Shown piece by piece: positions 37,646 through 52,945 of a stretch of 64,000 bases of DNA; the first letter of the stretch is position 1, and each line of letters opens with the position of its first letter. A program made the position numbers and the translations under genes. Under the pieces are notes generated by a model, which saw nothing but the letters and a program-made list of their open reading frames with translations, was not told where the DNA came from and made no database searches. Location: contig CM119265.1 in NCBI GenBank assembly GCA_051294375.1, positions 4,099,025-4,163,024 of the forward strand, written 5' to 3'. Source of the DNA: Paraspadella gotoi (lineage: Eukaryota > Animalia > Chaetognatha).

Positions 37646-38946
37646 ATGTCCGTCCATCCCACCTTAGCAAAAAAGTCCGATTACTCGAGATTGGATAGAT
37701 GGATTAGAATGAAATTTTGTGTGTGGGTAAGGAATGGAAAATGGAAAAAAACAAAAAAAATATATTTCACTATTTGAACGCCAATTACTCATGAGTGGAC
37801 GGGGCGATTGACCTAAAATTTTGTATGTGGGTAGGAAAGTGTGTGATTAAGCTGGAAATTAAGTTTCGATTGAATCGTTTGAGTGGAAATGAGTTTAAAT
37901 GGAAAAAACAAAAAACCTGTTTTACTAATTGATTATGCTTTTTTTCCTTTTATATAGAAATATATATAAATGTAAATGCAAGATATATTTATTAATCAAA
38001 TAATTAANNNNNNNNNNNNNNNNNNNNNNNNNNNNNNNNNNNNNNNNNNNNNNNNNNNNNNNNNNNNNNNNNNNNNNNNNNNNNNNNNNNNNNNNNNNNN
38101 NNNNNNNNNNNNNNNNNNNNNNNNNNNNAAACCTTCATCTACGCCATTAGTCCGAGGCAGTCATTCGCCTTCCCAACCAGACAAATCCGAGCTGTTCTAG
38201 CTTCGGTGCCGGCCCTAGCATTAAGCGACGGACGCGGAGTTAACCCGCCTGTAAGCTTGGTGTTACAGGCCTATCTTGAGTTTCAGGGACGCATGTTGAA
38301 CTTTGTACAACTACAATAATAAATTACTGTCTCTTTCAGAATATTATACTTTCTTATCGCCTTTTTGAAGGAATCAAATCCGATCTTATAATTTAAAATT
38401 TGCCAATTTTGCAATTTTAGCTATTATAATAATATTATATAATATATATAGCCCACTAATGTTTAAAATAAACAAGTTTGAGCAACAACAATATCGATCT
38501 GCCTCAACCATTTCGTTAATTAATCAATAATTAATTAATAATAATTAATAAATATAATAATAATTAATATTTATTTAATTAATTATTAATTAATTCAAGT
38601 TAATTATTAATGCAATTAATTAATAAATTTGATCCAAATGTTTGTTTAGATTGATAATGACTGATTAATTAATTATTGATAATTATTGATAATTGATAAT
38701 AAACTTATCTGTATCTCAACTAAAATTACTCAGTATTTGATGAATTATGCCGAAATCACTGTCTGGTCATTTGATCACGTCACTATACAAGTATGAAACA
38801 TGTGCAATTATATCATATCATATGATATCATCATCATCATCATCATCAAAGAGTCGACGCCCAGAGAAGTTCTTCTTTTTCTTTTTTCCTGCAAACTTCG
38901 ATTTTATTTAAATAAACACGAATTTCTTTTCTCTCTCTCTCTTTCT

Positions 38947-39024
<78 letters not shown>

Positions 39025-39286
39025 TATTCTCATCTGATGTTTGCAAAACGGCTTTGAAACATCTTCTTGTGAGGGCTAAGACCTTTTTTTTTTTAAATGT
39101 CGTTTAAGATTTTTAAGTAGAAAAAAATGGGCACAATGACTACATGAAAACCTGAATACTGAGAAAACAAGAACGGAAATTCAAATGTGTGTTGAGACGC
39201 AGTGACTATCTTAGCGCGTCTTTTATTCTTTATAGTTTTATGATTTTCTGAAGGCGGCGCTAGCAGTCACTTAGATGTGAGGTTTT

Positions 39287-40217
39287 AAGTCGGATCTGTT
39301 TTGTCGGTCCGTCGGTCCGCCCCTTCAATCTTGTCGGGCATTCACTTATATCATGTCAGAATATCGAATTATGATATAATATGCACAAAAAAAGATGTCC
39401 GTACGTCCGTCCTTCCGTCCGTCTGTCTGTCCGTCCGTCCCACCTTAGCAAAAAACTCCAACCCGTGCTCTGATTAGGATGGATGGATATAGCATGAAGT
39501 TTTTGTGTGGGTAGGGAAGTGTGTGATTGAGCTGGATATGAAGTTTCGATGGAATCGTCTGAGTGCGAACCTGAGTATTTAAAGTGAAAATAAAACAAAA
39601 TCTAATTTCACTAATTATGCCGGGCGCATGACCTTAAAGTTCCTTAGATATGTACGGTAGAAAGTCAGTCGTGATCTAAGCCTGAAATAGAAGTTTCGAT
39701 TGACCACTCGTCTGAAGTGGACCAACTGGTTTACAATGGAAAAAACAAAAAAAACTTGTTTCACTAATTGATTATGCTTCTTTTTCTTTTTATATTAAAT
39801 GTAAATGAAAGATGTATTAATTATTCAAAAAATTAATTAATCAATTAGTCAATTAATTAATAAATAATTGATTAATTGGTCAATTAATCAATAAATAATT
39901 CAATCAATCAATTTATTTAGTTATCTATTAATTAATTATTCAATCAATCAATTTATTTATAAATTATTTATTTAATTAATCAATCAATCCATCAGGTCAA
40001 TCGTTATCAGCATTATTGTCGTCGTCGCCATCATCGTCGTCGTTGCTTTTGTCGTGGTCAGTAACGAAAAGACCTAAAAACCAACATTTCGGATCAAATT
40101 AATTAATTTATTAATTAAATTATTATTTTAGTTTTAAAGTTTGTATTAATTAATTAATTAATTAATTACCGCTAATGATCGTGGGCAGATCCGACATTGT
40201 TTGCTCAAATTTGTTTC
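39287..40217 (+). mobile_element. Helentron/DINE-like family A element
   Basis: GTCGGATCTG 5' end, GCAGATCCGAC-ATTGTTTGCTCAAA 3' end; interior collinear with 11751-12496. Another partial copy at 37381-38007. Confidence 0.75.
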
Positions 40218-41797
40218 CTGTCTTAACAAATGAGCAACCAATAAAACGCGAATTATGAGTTATGAGCAAAATTGAACATTTTTAAATAATGTAAGTAGAA
40301 TAGATCCTCGGACAGATATAGCGACATCCGGAACCGGCTACAAAGATTACAAAGGGAACAATGTATTCCCTGGGGAAAAAATTTCGGCGATGCAACGCTA
40401 CAGTGCGTCTCTTTTACAGTGCGGTCTTTTTTTTCTTAGATCTTAATCGAGAGGAAATGTGCTAATCCTTAACAAAACCTCGGCGCTCAGAGATCTCCAC
40501 AACAATTTTCGCGTTTCCCTTTTGTCTTTTTTTTCTCTTTTAGTTCTGCAGGTAGAGATCAGGCATTGTGGCCAGTTTTTCTTTCCTATTTATAGACAAA
40601 ATTAACCATTTTCTTCCTAATGAATATTTTTATTTAAAAAAAGTTATTCTATTTTCCTTAAATCTTTCACCTTCTACATACAACATTTTTACATTCTACA
40701 ATTTACGATTTACGATTATTTCGATTAATTTTTTTATTGTTAAAAATCTCATCTTTTTTGGGGGGATTCGTTCAAGATCCAACATTTTATTTTTTTTTCA
40801 AATCCTCAACAACCTTCCTTAGTTTTTTTTGCTTGAAATTTTTTTTTCACTCGGAAAAAATTGATCTCAGTTTTGGACATGTATTCCGTTCATGACATTT
40901 ACATATGAAGAAAACCAGTTAAAACAAACGAATATATAAGAATAGCCATAGCCGATGAAATTTAGATGCTAATGTATACAGCGTTAAAATAATCTATCAT
41001 GAGTATAGATTATAGTATTAAAATATTTTTTGTCAAAAATAATTTCTTCTGAAGGAACTCGCCTAATTAAAATTATTATATTACTATATAGAGAAAAAAT
41101 TGTTTTTAGAAATCTAAAAAAATTTTGATGGATTCTGATAGAGCATAAAAGGTTAAACAAGAAATATAATTACAGCTTTAAAAAATTCTCAGTGAAAATC
41201 TAAAAAAACTAATAAAATCATTGAAAGATGATGATGATGATTTTTTTGTGTTTTTTTTTTATTATTAACTTTCACATCATAAAAATATTTAAAAAAAAAT
41301 TATACTTCGTGTAGACAACTTTTTATGAGCTATTTGAATCTGGTTTTAAAATATAAAATTTCTCACAACAATTTTTAGCCTTTCCTATCTATAAATCAAT
41401 ATTAAAAAATTAATTACTAGGGTATAGAGCCATATAAGAAATGTTTTGTCCATTGAAAGTATACTTAAAAATGTATAAATTTTCGTTTGAGCATGTACTA
41501 ACTCTAAATTTTTGACTCACCCCATTGAGTGCGGCTACCCATAATAAGAATATTATAAAACGGAGACTGTTATTTAAAATGTACTTTTTGACAAAAGACT
41601 AGTTACCGTCATACCATCTCAACCGCAAATTCTTTTTTTCCCTAAAAACTTAAACTTTTTCGGATTATCGATTTTCCTCGTACTTACCCGGATCTCTGAT
41701 TTTGCCTCCTCCTCCTCCTCCTCTTCATCCACGATCTTCATCCTTTCCGCTGCTTGTTGAGGATAACAATCCTTATCAGGAGAAAACCTTACCTTTT

Positions 41798-41883
<86 letters not shown>

Positions 41884-42016
41884 ACATGAAACATGTTTAG
41901 GATAAAAACTCTACACGATTTTCGTTTATATTTTTAAATACTTTTTGTAAATTGATGTAGCTTTTAGGGCACAATGTAGCCCAAAGCCCGTTTCCTTAAT
42001 ACAATTCAATAAAATT

Positions 42017-42087
<71 letters not shown>

Positions 42088-43753
42088 GCAGCTGGATCTG
42101 TCGCCATCTCGTTTTGTTTTTTATCTCATTTCGTGGAAACGAATTCAATTAACCTAGATTTTTAATTTTCAAATCAAATCGACTGAATACTGAATATTTT
42201 TTTGAATAATAATAAATTTTTCTGAGTAAAATTAAACAATCTGTAAAGAAATTGAAAAAAATAGAAAAATTACTTGGAAATACTTTGTTTTTACCTTCGA
42301 ATCAAAAATCTTAAAAAAATCAAAACTAGAAAAACTTGAAAAACGAGCGAAGCAAAACGAATATCGATTTCGCTTTTGTTTTACTTAAAAATTTTCGCAA
42401 TTTCTCGTTTGAATCTCATTTGTTTTTTATATTTTTTGCTAAACCGCCTCATTTCAGCTTAAATTGAGAATTAGATTAATTTTAATGTTTAAATATCAAG
42501 TAAAATTAAGTTCAGCGATTATGTAAACAAAATGTGACGCTTTCAGAAAATATCATATTTTAAGAATCACCCTGTAACATATTCTACAGCCTCGTCGTTA
42601 TCAACGCTAATTTCTTAAGCCGGAAACGCAACATTTCATTAAGACATTAATCACAATAGTCACGATCGATTAATTTGATTAACTCGTGAGTCATTTTTGT
42701 CTCTACGTTGTAGAATTCCCACTTTCTTAGTTTTTTTCGGTATTGCGGCATTGCATTGAGAAGGATTCGCGAAATTCGAATGGCGTGGATAATTCGATGA
42801 GTATTCGGGTATTCTCGTCCAAATTCACTCACGCTTCGTTTTTTGACTCCTTGAGATCGAGTGACAATAATTGTATTCATGGTATCGAAGCGTCGCACAG
42901 TGATCCAAAAAAAATTAAAACTGGATAAAAGCCACTTGAACAAACGGGCATAAATACATATTCAGTCTTTCCATAGTAATGGTACGAAGTCTTAGGTAAG
43001 ATAACGGTTTCCAAAAATTATTCTTTCTCAAGTGAAAAGCAAATCTCTATTTCGAGTGAGTCTTTGAGAGGTTTGTTAAACAAACCTCTCAATCTTTCGA
43101 TTCGAAACTGATACAATAATCGATCGTAGACTCTTAATGCAGTAATGCGACTATCATCTCTATTTTCGCCTCCGTTCCAAACTCAGCCGAAAACTCCACC
43201 TCAGCTCGGCCGAAAAAAAAACGAACCCGACAAACCGCAACTTTTCACCTCGTTCGTCCTCTTGATCTCACGACTCACCCGACAATCACGGATCAAGAAA
43301 AGAAAATTCACCAAACAATCACAGACCACCCCAACCAATCACAGACCAATAATTTAAACTAACCCTGGTAATTTTTTTCGTTGAAAACTCTAGCTTCTCA
43401 ATTTATTTTTCCTTTTCTTTTCCTTTTTCTTTCTTCTTTAAAAAAAAATGAAAGAGGTAGAAAGAAAAGAAAAAGGAGATGAAAGAAAAAGAAGCAAAGT
43501 GCTTTCTTCTTTATCGTCTCCTTCTACAAAAGATACGTTCTTTTCTCCTTCTGGTTCTTTTGTGACCGAAATTCAAAATTTGCTGAACAGAGAAAATTAT
43601 TCAATTCGCGGTTTTGAAGGGAAAAAAAAGAAAGAAAAAAAAAAAAAAAAGCTTTTAGCTTTCTCAGGTTTCCACTTTTTTTTCTCCTTTTATTCAATTT
43701 TTGTTAACTCACTTTCTCTTCTTTGTCGTTGTTATATTGATTGACGTTTTCAG

Positions 43754-43815
<62 letters not shown>

Positions 43816-43914
43816 CAAATGGTAAGTTCTAACCCATGTCGGAGACATCAAAGGATTGACCTTGAACCGAATTGTGTTTGACCTTTTCTCTCTCATTATT
43901 CCGTGGCTCCGGTT

Positions 43915-44195
43915 TTATTGGCCAAAACCCATAGAATTTCCTTTTGTCGTCGTCCAGTCGGTAATTGTAAAATTGACCAATCAAAAGTCAACATAGATGC
44001 CGCCTTGCCAATGACAATCGGGCTCGTGCAGTTTCTTGATTTAATGAAGGACAAATTTGGCCCAATCACGAAACGGGACTGTCTCGTTTTGGCCAATCAT
44101 CGTTCGAGTTGTCTTCCCTCCAAAAAAATAAAAAGATCGGACTGAGACAAAAGGGCGGGGTTAGAAGGATCGCCAAAAAGCGTTTCCCCAATCGG
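43915..44195 (+). promoter_or_regulatory. CCAAT-box cluster plus GC box, candidate promoter
   Basis: CCAAT at 43977, 44008, 44062, 44093 and 44188, ATTGG at 43917, and GGGCGGGG at 44153, in a non-repetitive island. Confidence 0.5.
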
Positions 44196-44398
44196 GGAAT
44201 TCGTTATTGCCGACTTTAATCGTCAATTTTCTTATTTGGGGTCTTTATAACCCAGAATTCTTTTCTCGAAATAAAATGACAACACCTGAAAAATATAATT
44301 AATATCTCAGAAGTCTAATTCGTATATTTGTTTCGTAAATGCATCAGGATCGTAGGAATTTAATGAATCTATTCAATTAAACTTCAAATCTAATTTTG

Positions 44399-44450
<52 letters not shown>

Positions 44451-44454
44451 AGAG

Positions 44455-44501
<47 letters not shown>

Positions 44502-46149
44502 GAGAGAGGAGAGGGGAGAAGAGAGAGAGCACCCAATTCCTTTTAAATCGACTCTATCGGCCTCTCACCCTCGAATTTCTCTCTCCCGTAAAAAAAACTC
44601 GTAAAAAGTTAACGATCGTCGTCGTCGTTGTCGTCGTCGTTGTCGTCGTCAGTATTTGGGTTCATCGCTTTCCTTCTTTTCCAAGATTCGTCCGCATTTT
44701 TTTTAGTCGTCCCATTTCGTTTTTCGCTCGAACGACGAAAAAAACTTACCTTTCGTACTCTCCCCGAGAAAACGGATTTTAAAATTAAAGAAATAATCAC
44801 AAAAGTTTGAACCAGTACTATTGTAATAATATTGAAATAATACTTAATCCTTTGCGTCGATCGCAGACGCGATCTTTAAAATTTTATCGATTTTAATGTT
44901 TTTTTTGTTGTTTTTTTTTAAATCTCGAAACGCAATTCTCTTCTTCGACTGTGCCACTGGTTCGAACTAACTTACTTTTCCGCCGTCGTCGTCTTCGATT
45001 GAATTTTCTTTTTTTATTTTAATTCCTCACCAAAAAACCTTTTTAATGTTTTTTTTTCTTCAATTTGTCAAATTTCACTTCATTCAAATTCCTCTCCTAT
45101 TTCTTTTGTTTTTCTTTTGTTTCAATTCTTCGTCGTATTTTTCGACGTTTTCTTTTGTTTTTGATTCAATAACAATAACAAACTAAAACAAAAGACGTCG
45201 ACAACAAAAAGACTTTTGCTTCTTTTGACCTCGAGACGAAATCTTTTCTCCTCAAATGACAAGATAAAATGGAATCTTCTCTCACGTGTGGTCTCTCTTC
45301 GTTGTTGTTGTTGTTGGTGTTGTTGATGTTGTTTCGCGCCAACTTTATTGCTCCTTCGCGACGAGAGATTTTGAGCAAAAGTCTTGGCCAAGTCTTGGCC
45401 AAAGTGTGGGCGATTAGGAAAAGACGCTCTTTTATTATCTTGTCGTCGTCGTCGTTGCATTGGTTGTTCTCGTCATCGTCGTCGAAAACAAGAAAGAGAA
45501 TATTCAGCGGATTGAATAAAACCATAAATAAATTCGTAAATAAAACTCGTACGCACCTTTTTGACCATCCAAACAATTACAATACAATATTACAACCATC
45601 CGCACGAAGAACGTTCAGGTGTATTTTTCCAAAAAGAGAAGCGGGGGTAATTCAAAATAGTGTTGCATTAGTAGTTAGCAACGGTGTTTATTTTTTGTGA
45701 AATGAGCATGACGATTACGTAAGGCTATGGAGCTACATATTATACAATAAGTCTTCTGAGACCAGTGTATTTTCTGATGACACATCTACATCAGATTTTT
45801 TTTTATTCTTTATAGTTTTAGTATTTCCTAATGGCGGCCGCTGCAGTCTTAGATTTGATGTTTTTCCTGTTTTGACAAATGAGCAATCACTTATTCAAAT
45901 TATGAAATTTTAATATAAGTGAAGACAGACCGACACAGACAGACATACCGACTGATGTACAGACGACGGACCGACCGAAAAGTGACAGAGTTGGTCCGCG
46001 AGTACACGCGGCGCAACTAAAATTTCGACGTCAAGAAACAAAATGACGATTTTTTTCTTTAGTTTATTTTTTTTAGTCGAAGTTTTTTTATGATTTAAGG
46101 GTAATTTTTTATGTGATAAATGTATTAAATTAGGTTACGTCGTTCTTTA

Positions 46150-46930
46150 AAACGAGAAGACTTTTTCAATGGAGATTTTGTTAAAAGATCTTGACGTACC
46201 AAATAATTCACACGCCCTCTGGGAAAAATTTCAAGGGTAGAAAATAGATGAAAAACACTCGATCCATCCTGTTGCATCTGAAGGCTCGCATTTTTTTCTC
46301 CTGAACAAATAACGCATCATTGAATAAACCATTCAAGATTCAAAATGGACTGGTCCCGGCTTCGGGAAATTATTTTCGATGCAATTTTTATAATATAAAA
46401 TAAAGGGATTTCTTCAACTCAATACAATGTCAACGCATTTATACATATGTTGTGATTTTCGCAATAAACCTTCCAAATCAGGAATCCGATAGCCATAATG
46501 TCTGAAGGGCTCTCAAAATTTTTCTTTACAGTTTTATTTGTTATTTTGAATAAGTGATAGGAATGCATGGGAAAGGTGAATAAGTCCATATTTTTTTTTG
46601 GTGAAATTTTTATTTAAAGTAAAGCAGTAAAAAGAGGAGCTACGATCAGAATTCTATAACGAGTTTTCAACCGGGAGTAGATTTCGGGAAAAATCTCTGA
46701 TGGCGAAAATTCTCCCAAAGAAGGGGGGTCAATTTTCCGAAGATTTTGTTAATATTTTCTATATATGGTATGATTTTTTTGAAACTTAATATTAAACATA
46801 TATGCCATCATTCTACCATTGGCCATGGTTATAAGAAAGTATATTGAAAAAAAGCCTCTGGCTTTGTTCGTCAGAGGCTTAGTCGCTAAATTAAATGAAA
46901 AGTAGTTTCATCGGTGTAACGTGTGCTTTC
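46150..46930 (-). pseudogene. Highly decayed DNA-transposase relic
   Basis: Minus-strand FPKPGPVHFES*MVYSMMRYLFR...FSSIFYP* resembles the F..PGA.H..RWM..IY..K..LF motif of Cc8K15.2/Cc8L18.2-like transposases; multiple stops. Confidence 0.35.
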
Positions 46931-47929
46931 TTAATCAAGTAACTCTGTCCCAGCTTGTTAAGAATGTAATGTAGAACCAATGCAAATAGCGAAATCATAG
47001 CAAGCTATAAACCTTAAAGATGGACGCGCTATAAGTACTATAACATTCCCAGAAAGAGATAAATGACTTTTTACGACGTTTACGACGCCGAAAGAAGAAA
47101 GCCACAGATTTTTCCTGAGAACACGCCTAATGGTTTTACTCTCGCGGAATCGAAGCAATCTCGGTAAACCGCATATTTACAAAGGGAAGAAAATAGCAAA
47201 AGACGTCAGCATTCTACGAATTTCAACATAAACGAGCAGATATATAAAGGAGATGAATCAAACTGAAGAGAGAGAGAGAGAGGAAGGACGAGTTCGAGGT
47301 CAAAAAAATACGACGCGTAACTTAAAGTTATTAATAGTAATATGTTTTTCAAGGTNNNNNNNNNNNNNNNNNNNNNNNNNNNNNNNNNNNNNNNNNNNNN
47401 NNNNNNNNNNNNNNNNNNNNNNNNNNNNNNNNNNNNNNNNNNNNNNNNNNNNNNNTAATCCTGATTCGTCTTTCATCAACCTTTTATTTTCCAATTCAAA
47501 ATAATAATTTTTTTCTCTAAATTTTTTTTTTCTCTATTTCAAGTTCTCCTCCCAATCAATATTCAACATTTCTCGCCTTCTACTATTTTCTTTTCTCTAT
47601 AATATCCCTCCCTCTCTGTCTCCCACAACTCTGTTCCTTTTCCCCTTTCTCTCCCAAACTTCTCTCCCAACTTCTCTCCCAACTTCTCTTTCCACCCAAA
47701 TCCCGCTTCCACTTTTCCTTCCTCCCGATTTTTAAGACGAAGCTTTTGAAGAAGTATTAGCGGTCGACTTTGTAATCTAATGTGTCCTTGGCTGAGTTGT
47801 TGTGTTGTTGGTTGTCGTTGTTTGTTGTTTGTTTGTTTGTTAATGTGTCAAGTTTCACGAGTTAGGCTCTTCCTAACTTAAGGAATAATTAGATGTCAAC
47901 GAAGTTGTCTTATTGTCTTATTGTCTTAT

Positions 47930-49420
47930 TATCATCGTCGTTGTCTGTTTCTGCGTCATTTGTCTCAACCGTCATCATCGTCTTCGTCGTTGGTCATCGT
48001 TGTTGTCTTTCTGCGTCATTGTCTAAAACTGTCATCGTCTTCATCGTCGTCATCGTTGTTGTCTTTCTGCGTCAATGTCTAAACTGTCATCGTCTTCGTC
48101 GTCGTCGTCATCATCGTTGTCTTTCTGCGTCATTGTCTAAACTGTCATCGTCGTGTCTATCTGCATCATTGTCTCAACGTCATCGTCGTCGTCATCGTCG
48201 TTGTCTTTCTGCGTCATTGTCTCAACCGTCATCGTCGTCGTCATCGTCGTTGTCTTTCTGCATCATGTCTCAACGTGATCGTCGTCGTCATCGTCGTTGT
48301 CTTTCTGCGTCATTGTCTCACCGTCATCGTCGTCGTCATCGTCGTTGTCTTTCTGCGTCATATGTCTCAACCGTCATCGTCGTCGTCATCGTCGTTGTCT
48401 TTCTGCGTCATTGTCTCAACCGTCATCGTCGTCGTCATCGTGTTGTCTTTCTGCGTCATGTCTCAACCGTCATCGCGTCGTAATCGATCGTTGTCTTTCT
48501 GCTCATTGTCTCAACCGTCATCGTCGTCGTCATCGTCGTTGTCTTTCTGCATCATTGTCTCAACCGTTTCATCGTCGTCGTCATCGTCGTTGTCTTCTGC
48601 GTCATTTGTTCAACCGTCATCGTCGTCGTCATCGTCGTTGTCTTTCTGCATCATTGTCTCCAACCGTCATCGTCGTCGTATCGTCGTTGTCTTTCTGCAT
48701 CCTTGTCTCAACCATCATCGTCGTCGTCATCGTCGTTGTCTTCTGCGTCATTGTCTCAACCGTCATCGTCGTCGTCATCGCGTTGTCTTTCTGCATCATT
48801 GTCTCAACCGTATCGTCGTCGTCATCGTCGTTGTCTTTCTGCATCCTTGTCTGCAACCATCATCGTCGTCGTCATCGTCGTTGTCTTTTCTGCGTCATTG
48901 TCTCAACCGTCATCGTCGTCGCATCGTCGTTGTCTTTTCTGCGTCATTGTCTCAACCGTCATCGTCGTCGTCATCGTCGTTGTCTTTCTGCGTCATTGTC
49001 TCAACCGTCATCGTGCGTCGTCATCGTCGTTGTCTTTCTGCGTCATTGTTCAATCCGTCATCGTCGTCGTCATCGTCGTTGTCTTCTGCGTCATTGTCTC
49101 ACCGTCATCGTCTCGTCATCGTCGTTGTCTTTCTGCGTCATTGTCTCAACCGTCATCGTCGTCGTCATCGTCCGTTGTCTTTCTTTCTGCGTCATTGTCT
49201 CAACCGTCATCGTCGTCGTCAATCGTCGTTGTCTTTCTGCGTCATTGTCTCAACCGTCATCGTCGTCGTCATCGTCGTTGTCTTTCTGCGTCATTGTCTC
49301 AACCGTCATCGTCGTCGTCATCGTCGTTGTCTTTCTGCGTCATTGTCTCAACCGTCATCGTCGTCGTCATCGTCGTGTCTTTCTGCCGTCATTGTCTCAA
49401 CCGTCATCATCGTCGGTGAT
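47930..49420 (+). repeat. 49-bp minisatellite (~30 copies)
   Basis: Unit CAACCGTCATCGTCGTCGTCATCGTCGTTGTCTTTCTGCGTCATTGTCT. Confidence 0.95.
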
Positions 49421-49599
49421 TTTTTTTGTCGTGAAGACGCGAAAATCTGTGAAAAATCTCCGAAGTGAGGATGAGCGAGAAAAGAGAGAAAGGAGGTGAA
49501 GAGGTAAGGGGTAAAATACCGATTAAGGGGTGAAAAAGAAAAATTGGGGAGCAAATCTTACGATTAAGGGGCGCGGGTTGAACAATGGAGTGTTATGGT

Positions 49600-49920
49600 T
49601 TTGGGTCAGATTGGGTAGAGTGAGATTGGGTTAAATTGGGTTAGAGTGAGATTGGGTCAAATTGGGTTAGAGTAATTTGGTCAGATTGGGTTAGCAGTGA
49701 GATTGGGTTTAAATTGGGTTAGAGTGAGATTGGGTCATATTGGGTTGAGTAAGATTGGATCAGAGTGGGTTAGAGTGAGATTGGGTTCAAATGGGTAGAG
49801 TGAGATTAAGTCAGCATTGGGTGAAAGTGAGATTTTGGTCAGAGTGGGTTAGAGTGAGATTGGGTCAGATTGGGTTAGAGTGAGATTGGGTCAGATTGGG
49901 TAAATTGGGTTAGAGTGGGA
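49600..49920 (+). repeat. 26-bp G-rich tandem repeat
   Basis: Unit TGGGTCAGATTGGGTTAGAGTGAGAT, about 12 imperfect copies. Confidence 0.85.
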
Positions 49921-50535
49921 TTGTAGCGGAATAGGGAATCTCGAAGGTTAAATCTGGCGACGTCAAGAGGTCAGCGGCATCGCTCCTGGAATGTACTTTG
50001 GTTTTTTTTCTTTCGAAAAAAAGGGAATATAAGCTCGTTATTGTGGTGGAAAAAAAAAGGAAATTCCACCTAAAAAATAACAAGAAAATATTTTTTTTAT
50101 TTAAAATCGCAGTTGTAAACTTTAACAATTCGAGGAATACATTACGTATAAAACTAGTTTTACACTTTTATACAAATTTTATAATAAGATTAGCTTTAGA
50201 AAAATGAGAAAATCACGAATGGCGAAAGATTCGGAAAAGTACCGTATTAGTAATTTTTGTAATATGTATATATAATTCGTAAACTTTTTCGGTCTCGGTT
50301 TCATGCGAACGTCAATCTAGGGCTTCGAATGAAAGATAAAATTCTCCGGAGAAGCGAGAGAAATGGAGAGAGGGAGGAGAGGGAGGAAAGAGAGAGGAGA
50401 GGGAGGAGAGAGGGAGGAATAAGGAGGAGAGGGGAGGAGAGAGAGAGGAGAGGGAGGAGAGAGGGAGGTGAGAGGGACGATAGGGAGGAGAGGGGAGGAG
50501 ATAAGAGGAGAGAGGGATGAGAGGGAGCAGAGAAA

Positions 50536-50590
<55 letters not shown>

Positions 50591-51659
50591 AAGAGAGAGA
50601 GAGGAGAGAGAGAGAGGAGAGAGAGAAGGGAAGGAAAGAGGGGGGAAAAAAGGGAGAATCAAATCAAATCCTCAGGACGAAGTAAACAATAAAGAAAATC
50701 TATTAAATACAAAATTGCGTAAGTGTGACTTTGTGTATTAGGAAAAGGGCGTCAACTTTTAGAAAAAGATCAGATCTACGACTTCGATATCGTGAATAAA
50801 ATTAGTTCGAGGGTTTTGAATCACAACGGTCCGACGACAGCGACCGATGTAACGTGACTTTCACATATTCACCGGTGAAAGTGAAAGGAAATGACGTCGA
50901 ATACAAAACGAGTTCACGAAGAAAAAAAAGATTTAACCTTGATAGTCGAAGGTCGACACAGCCAGGAGAAAATTAAGTATGTTCTGACGCACGTATCGGT
51001 CTATCTAGTATCTACTGTCTATCTGTATGTCTGAATGTCTGAATGTATTCTGGTCGGTCTGTTGGGCTGTCAGATTTACTGTCTGTTTTTACCTCTTTTT
51101 GATCAAGAGGACTACTCATATTATTATTAATATTATATTTCTGACATAATATTTTTTATCAGATTTTGGGCAAAAAATGTTTTTTTTGGCAAGCAGTGAA
51201 AAAGATTGATCTCCTATAAAGTAAACCAGGCTTGAGTTGTTGTGAGCTGAAACATGTCTGCTATGATAAAAATAAAATCGTTGTACAAATTAAATTAAAA
51301 ACTTTGTGATTCTTACATTAAAATGCTGAAAAATAGCTGGAANNNNNNNNNNNNNNNNNNNNNNNNNNNNNNNNNNNNNNNNNNNNNNNNNNNNNNNNNN
51401 NNNNNNNNNNNNNNNNNNNNNNNNNNNNNNNNNNNNNNNNNNNNNNNNNNNNNNNNNNNNNNNNNNNNNNNNNNNNNNNNNNNNNNNNNNNNNNNNNNNN
51501 NNNNNNNNNNNNNNNNNNNNNNNNNNNNNNNNNNNNNNNNNNNNNNNNNNNNNNNNNNNNNNNNNNNNNNNNNNNNNNNNNNNNNNNNNNNNNNNNNNNN
51601 NNNNNNNNNNNNNNNNNNNNNNNNNNNNNNNNNNNNNNNNNNNNNNNNNNNNNNNNNNN

Positions 51660-52215
51660 CGTCGTCGTCGTCGTCGTCGCCAGCGATTTTTCGGATTCGA
51701 TTCTCGACGTCAAAAACTTCCTCAAATATTCACGGTCATCCCTATGGTTGTCATCATCGTCGTCTTCGTTGCTTTGTCATTTTCGTCGTCATCGTCGTCG
51801 TTGCTATGTCATTGTCGTCGTCATCATCGTTGTCGTCGTAATTTTGTCATTGTCATCGTCGTCGTTGCTTTGTCATTGTTGTCGTCATCATCGTCTTCGT
51901 CGTCGTTGCTTTGTCATTGTCATCGTCATCGTTGACGTCGTCGTCGTCGTTCGGGTCCTTGCTCACGCTCACGCTCACGCTCCTCTCCGTCTCTTAACCC
52001 TCCGCTTTGTCACGCCTCATTTCTTCACGCTCTTTGCTGTTATAATTCCTGACTATTGTTCACAATTGTTCACAAATATATAAACAACCAACAATCAATT
52101 CTGCGACGCTGCATCACTCTTTGACATTTCATCTTCTCTCTTGACAAGAGACTAACGCGTCAGGTGTCACAGCCTCTTCCGATTCTGTCCTTCAATAAAG
52201 TTACTTACTTAGGTG

Positions 52216-52264
<49 letters not shown>

Positions 52265-52895
52265 CTCAATTTCCTTTGAAAAAATTAAAGATTAGTTCAC
52301 AGTTTAAAAATCTCATTTGCATATGGCGGTTTNNNNNNNNNNNNNNNNNNNNNNNNNACCGATTTTTCGATTCGATTCTCGACGTCAAAACTCCTCAAAT
52401 ATTCACGGTCATCCTATGGTTGCTTCAATCTCATTAATCTCGTCTTGTTCTGCTGTCATTTTCGTCGTCATCGTCGTCGTTGCTATGTATTGTCGCGTCA
52501 TCATCGTTGTCGTCGTAATTTTGTCATTGTCATCGTCGTCGTTGCTTTGTCATTGTTGGTCGTCATCATCGTCTTCGTCGTCGTTGCTTTGTCATTGTTC
52601 ATCGTCATCGTTGACGTCGTCGTCGTCGTTCGGGTCCTTGCTCACGCTCACGCTCACGCTCCTCTCCGTCTCTTAACCCTCCGCTTTGTACGCCTCATTT
52701 CTTCACGCTCTTTTGCTGTTATAAGTCCGACTATTGTTCACAATTGTTCAACAAATATATAAACACCAACAATCAATTCTGCACGCTGCATCACTCTCTT
52801 GACATTTCATCTTCTCCTCTTGGACAAGAGACTAACGCGTCAGGTGCACAGCCTTCTTCGATTCTGTCCCTTCAATAAAGTTACTTACTTAGGTG

Positions 52896-52945
<50 letters not shown>

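Noticed and set aside
47893-49499. Long ORFs of 196-400 aa
   Set aside because: Stop-free translations of a 49-bp GTC-rich minisatellite, open in all three frames.
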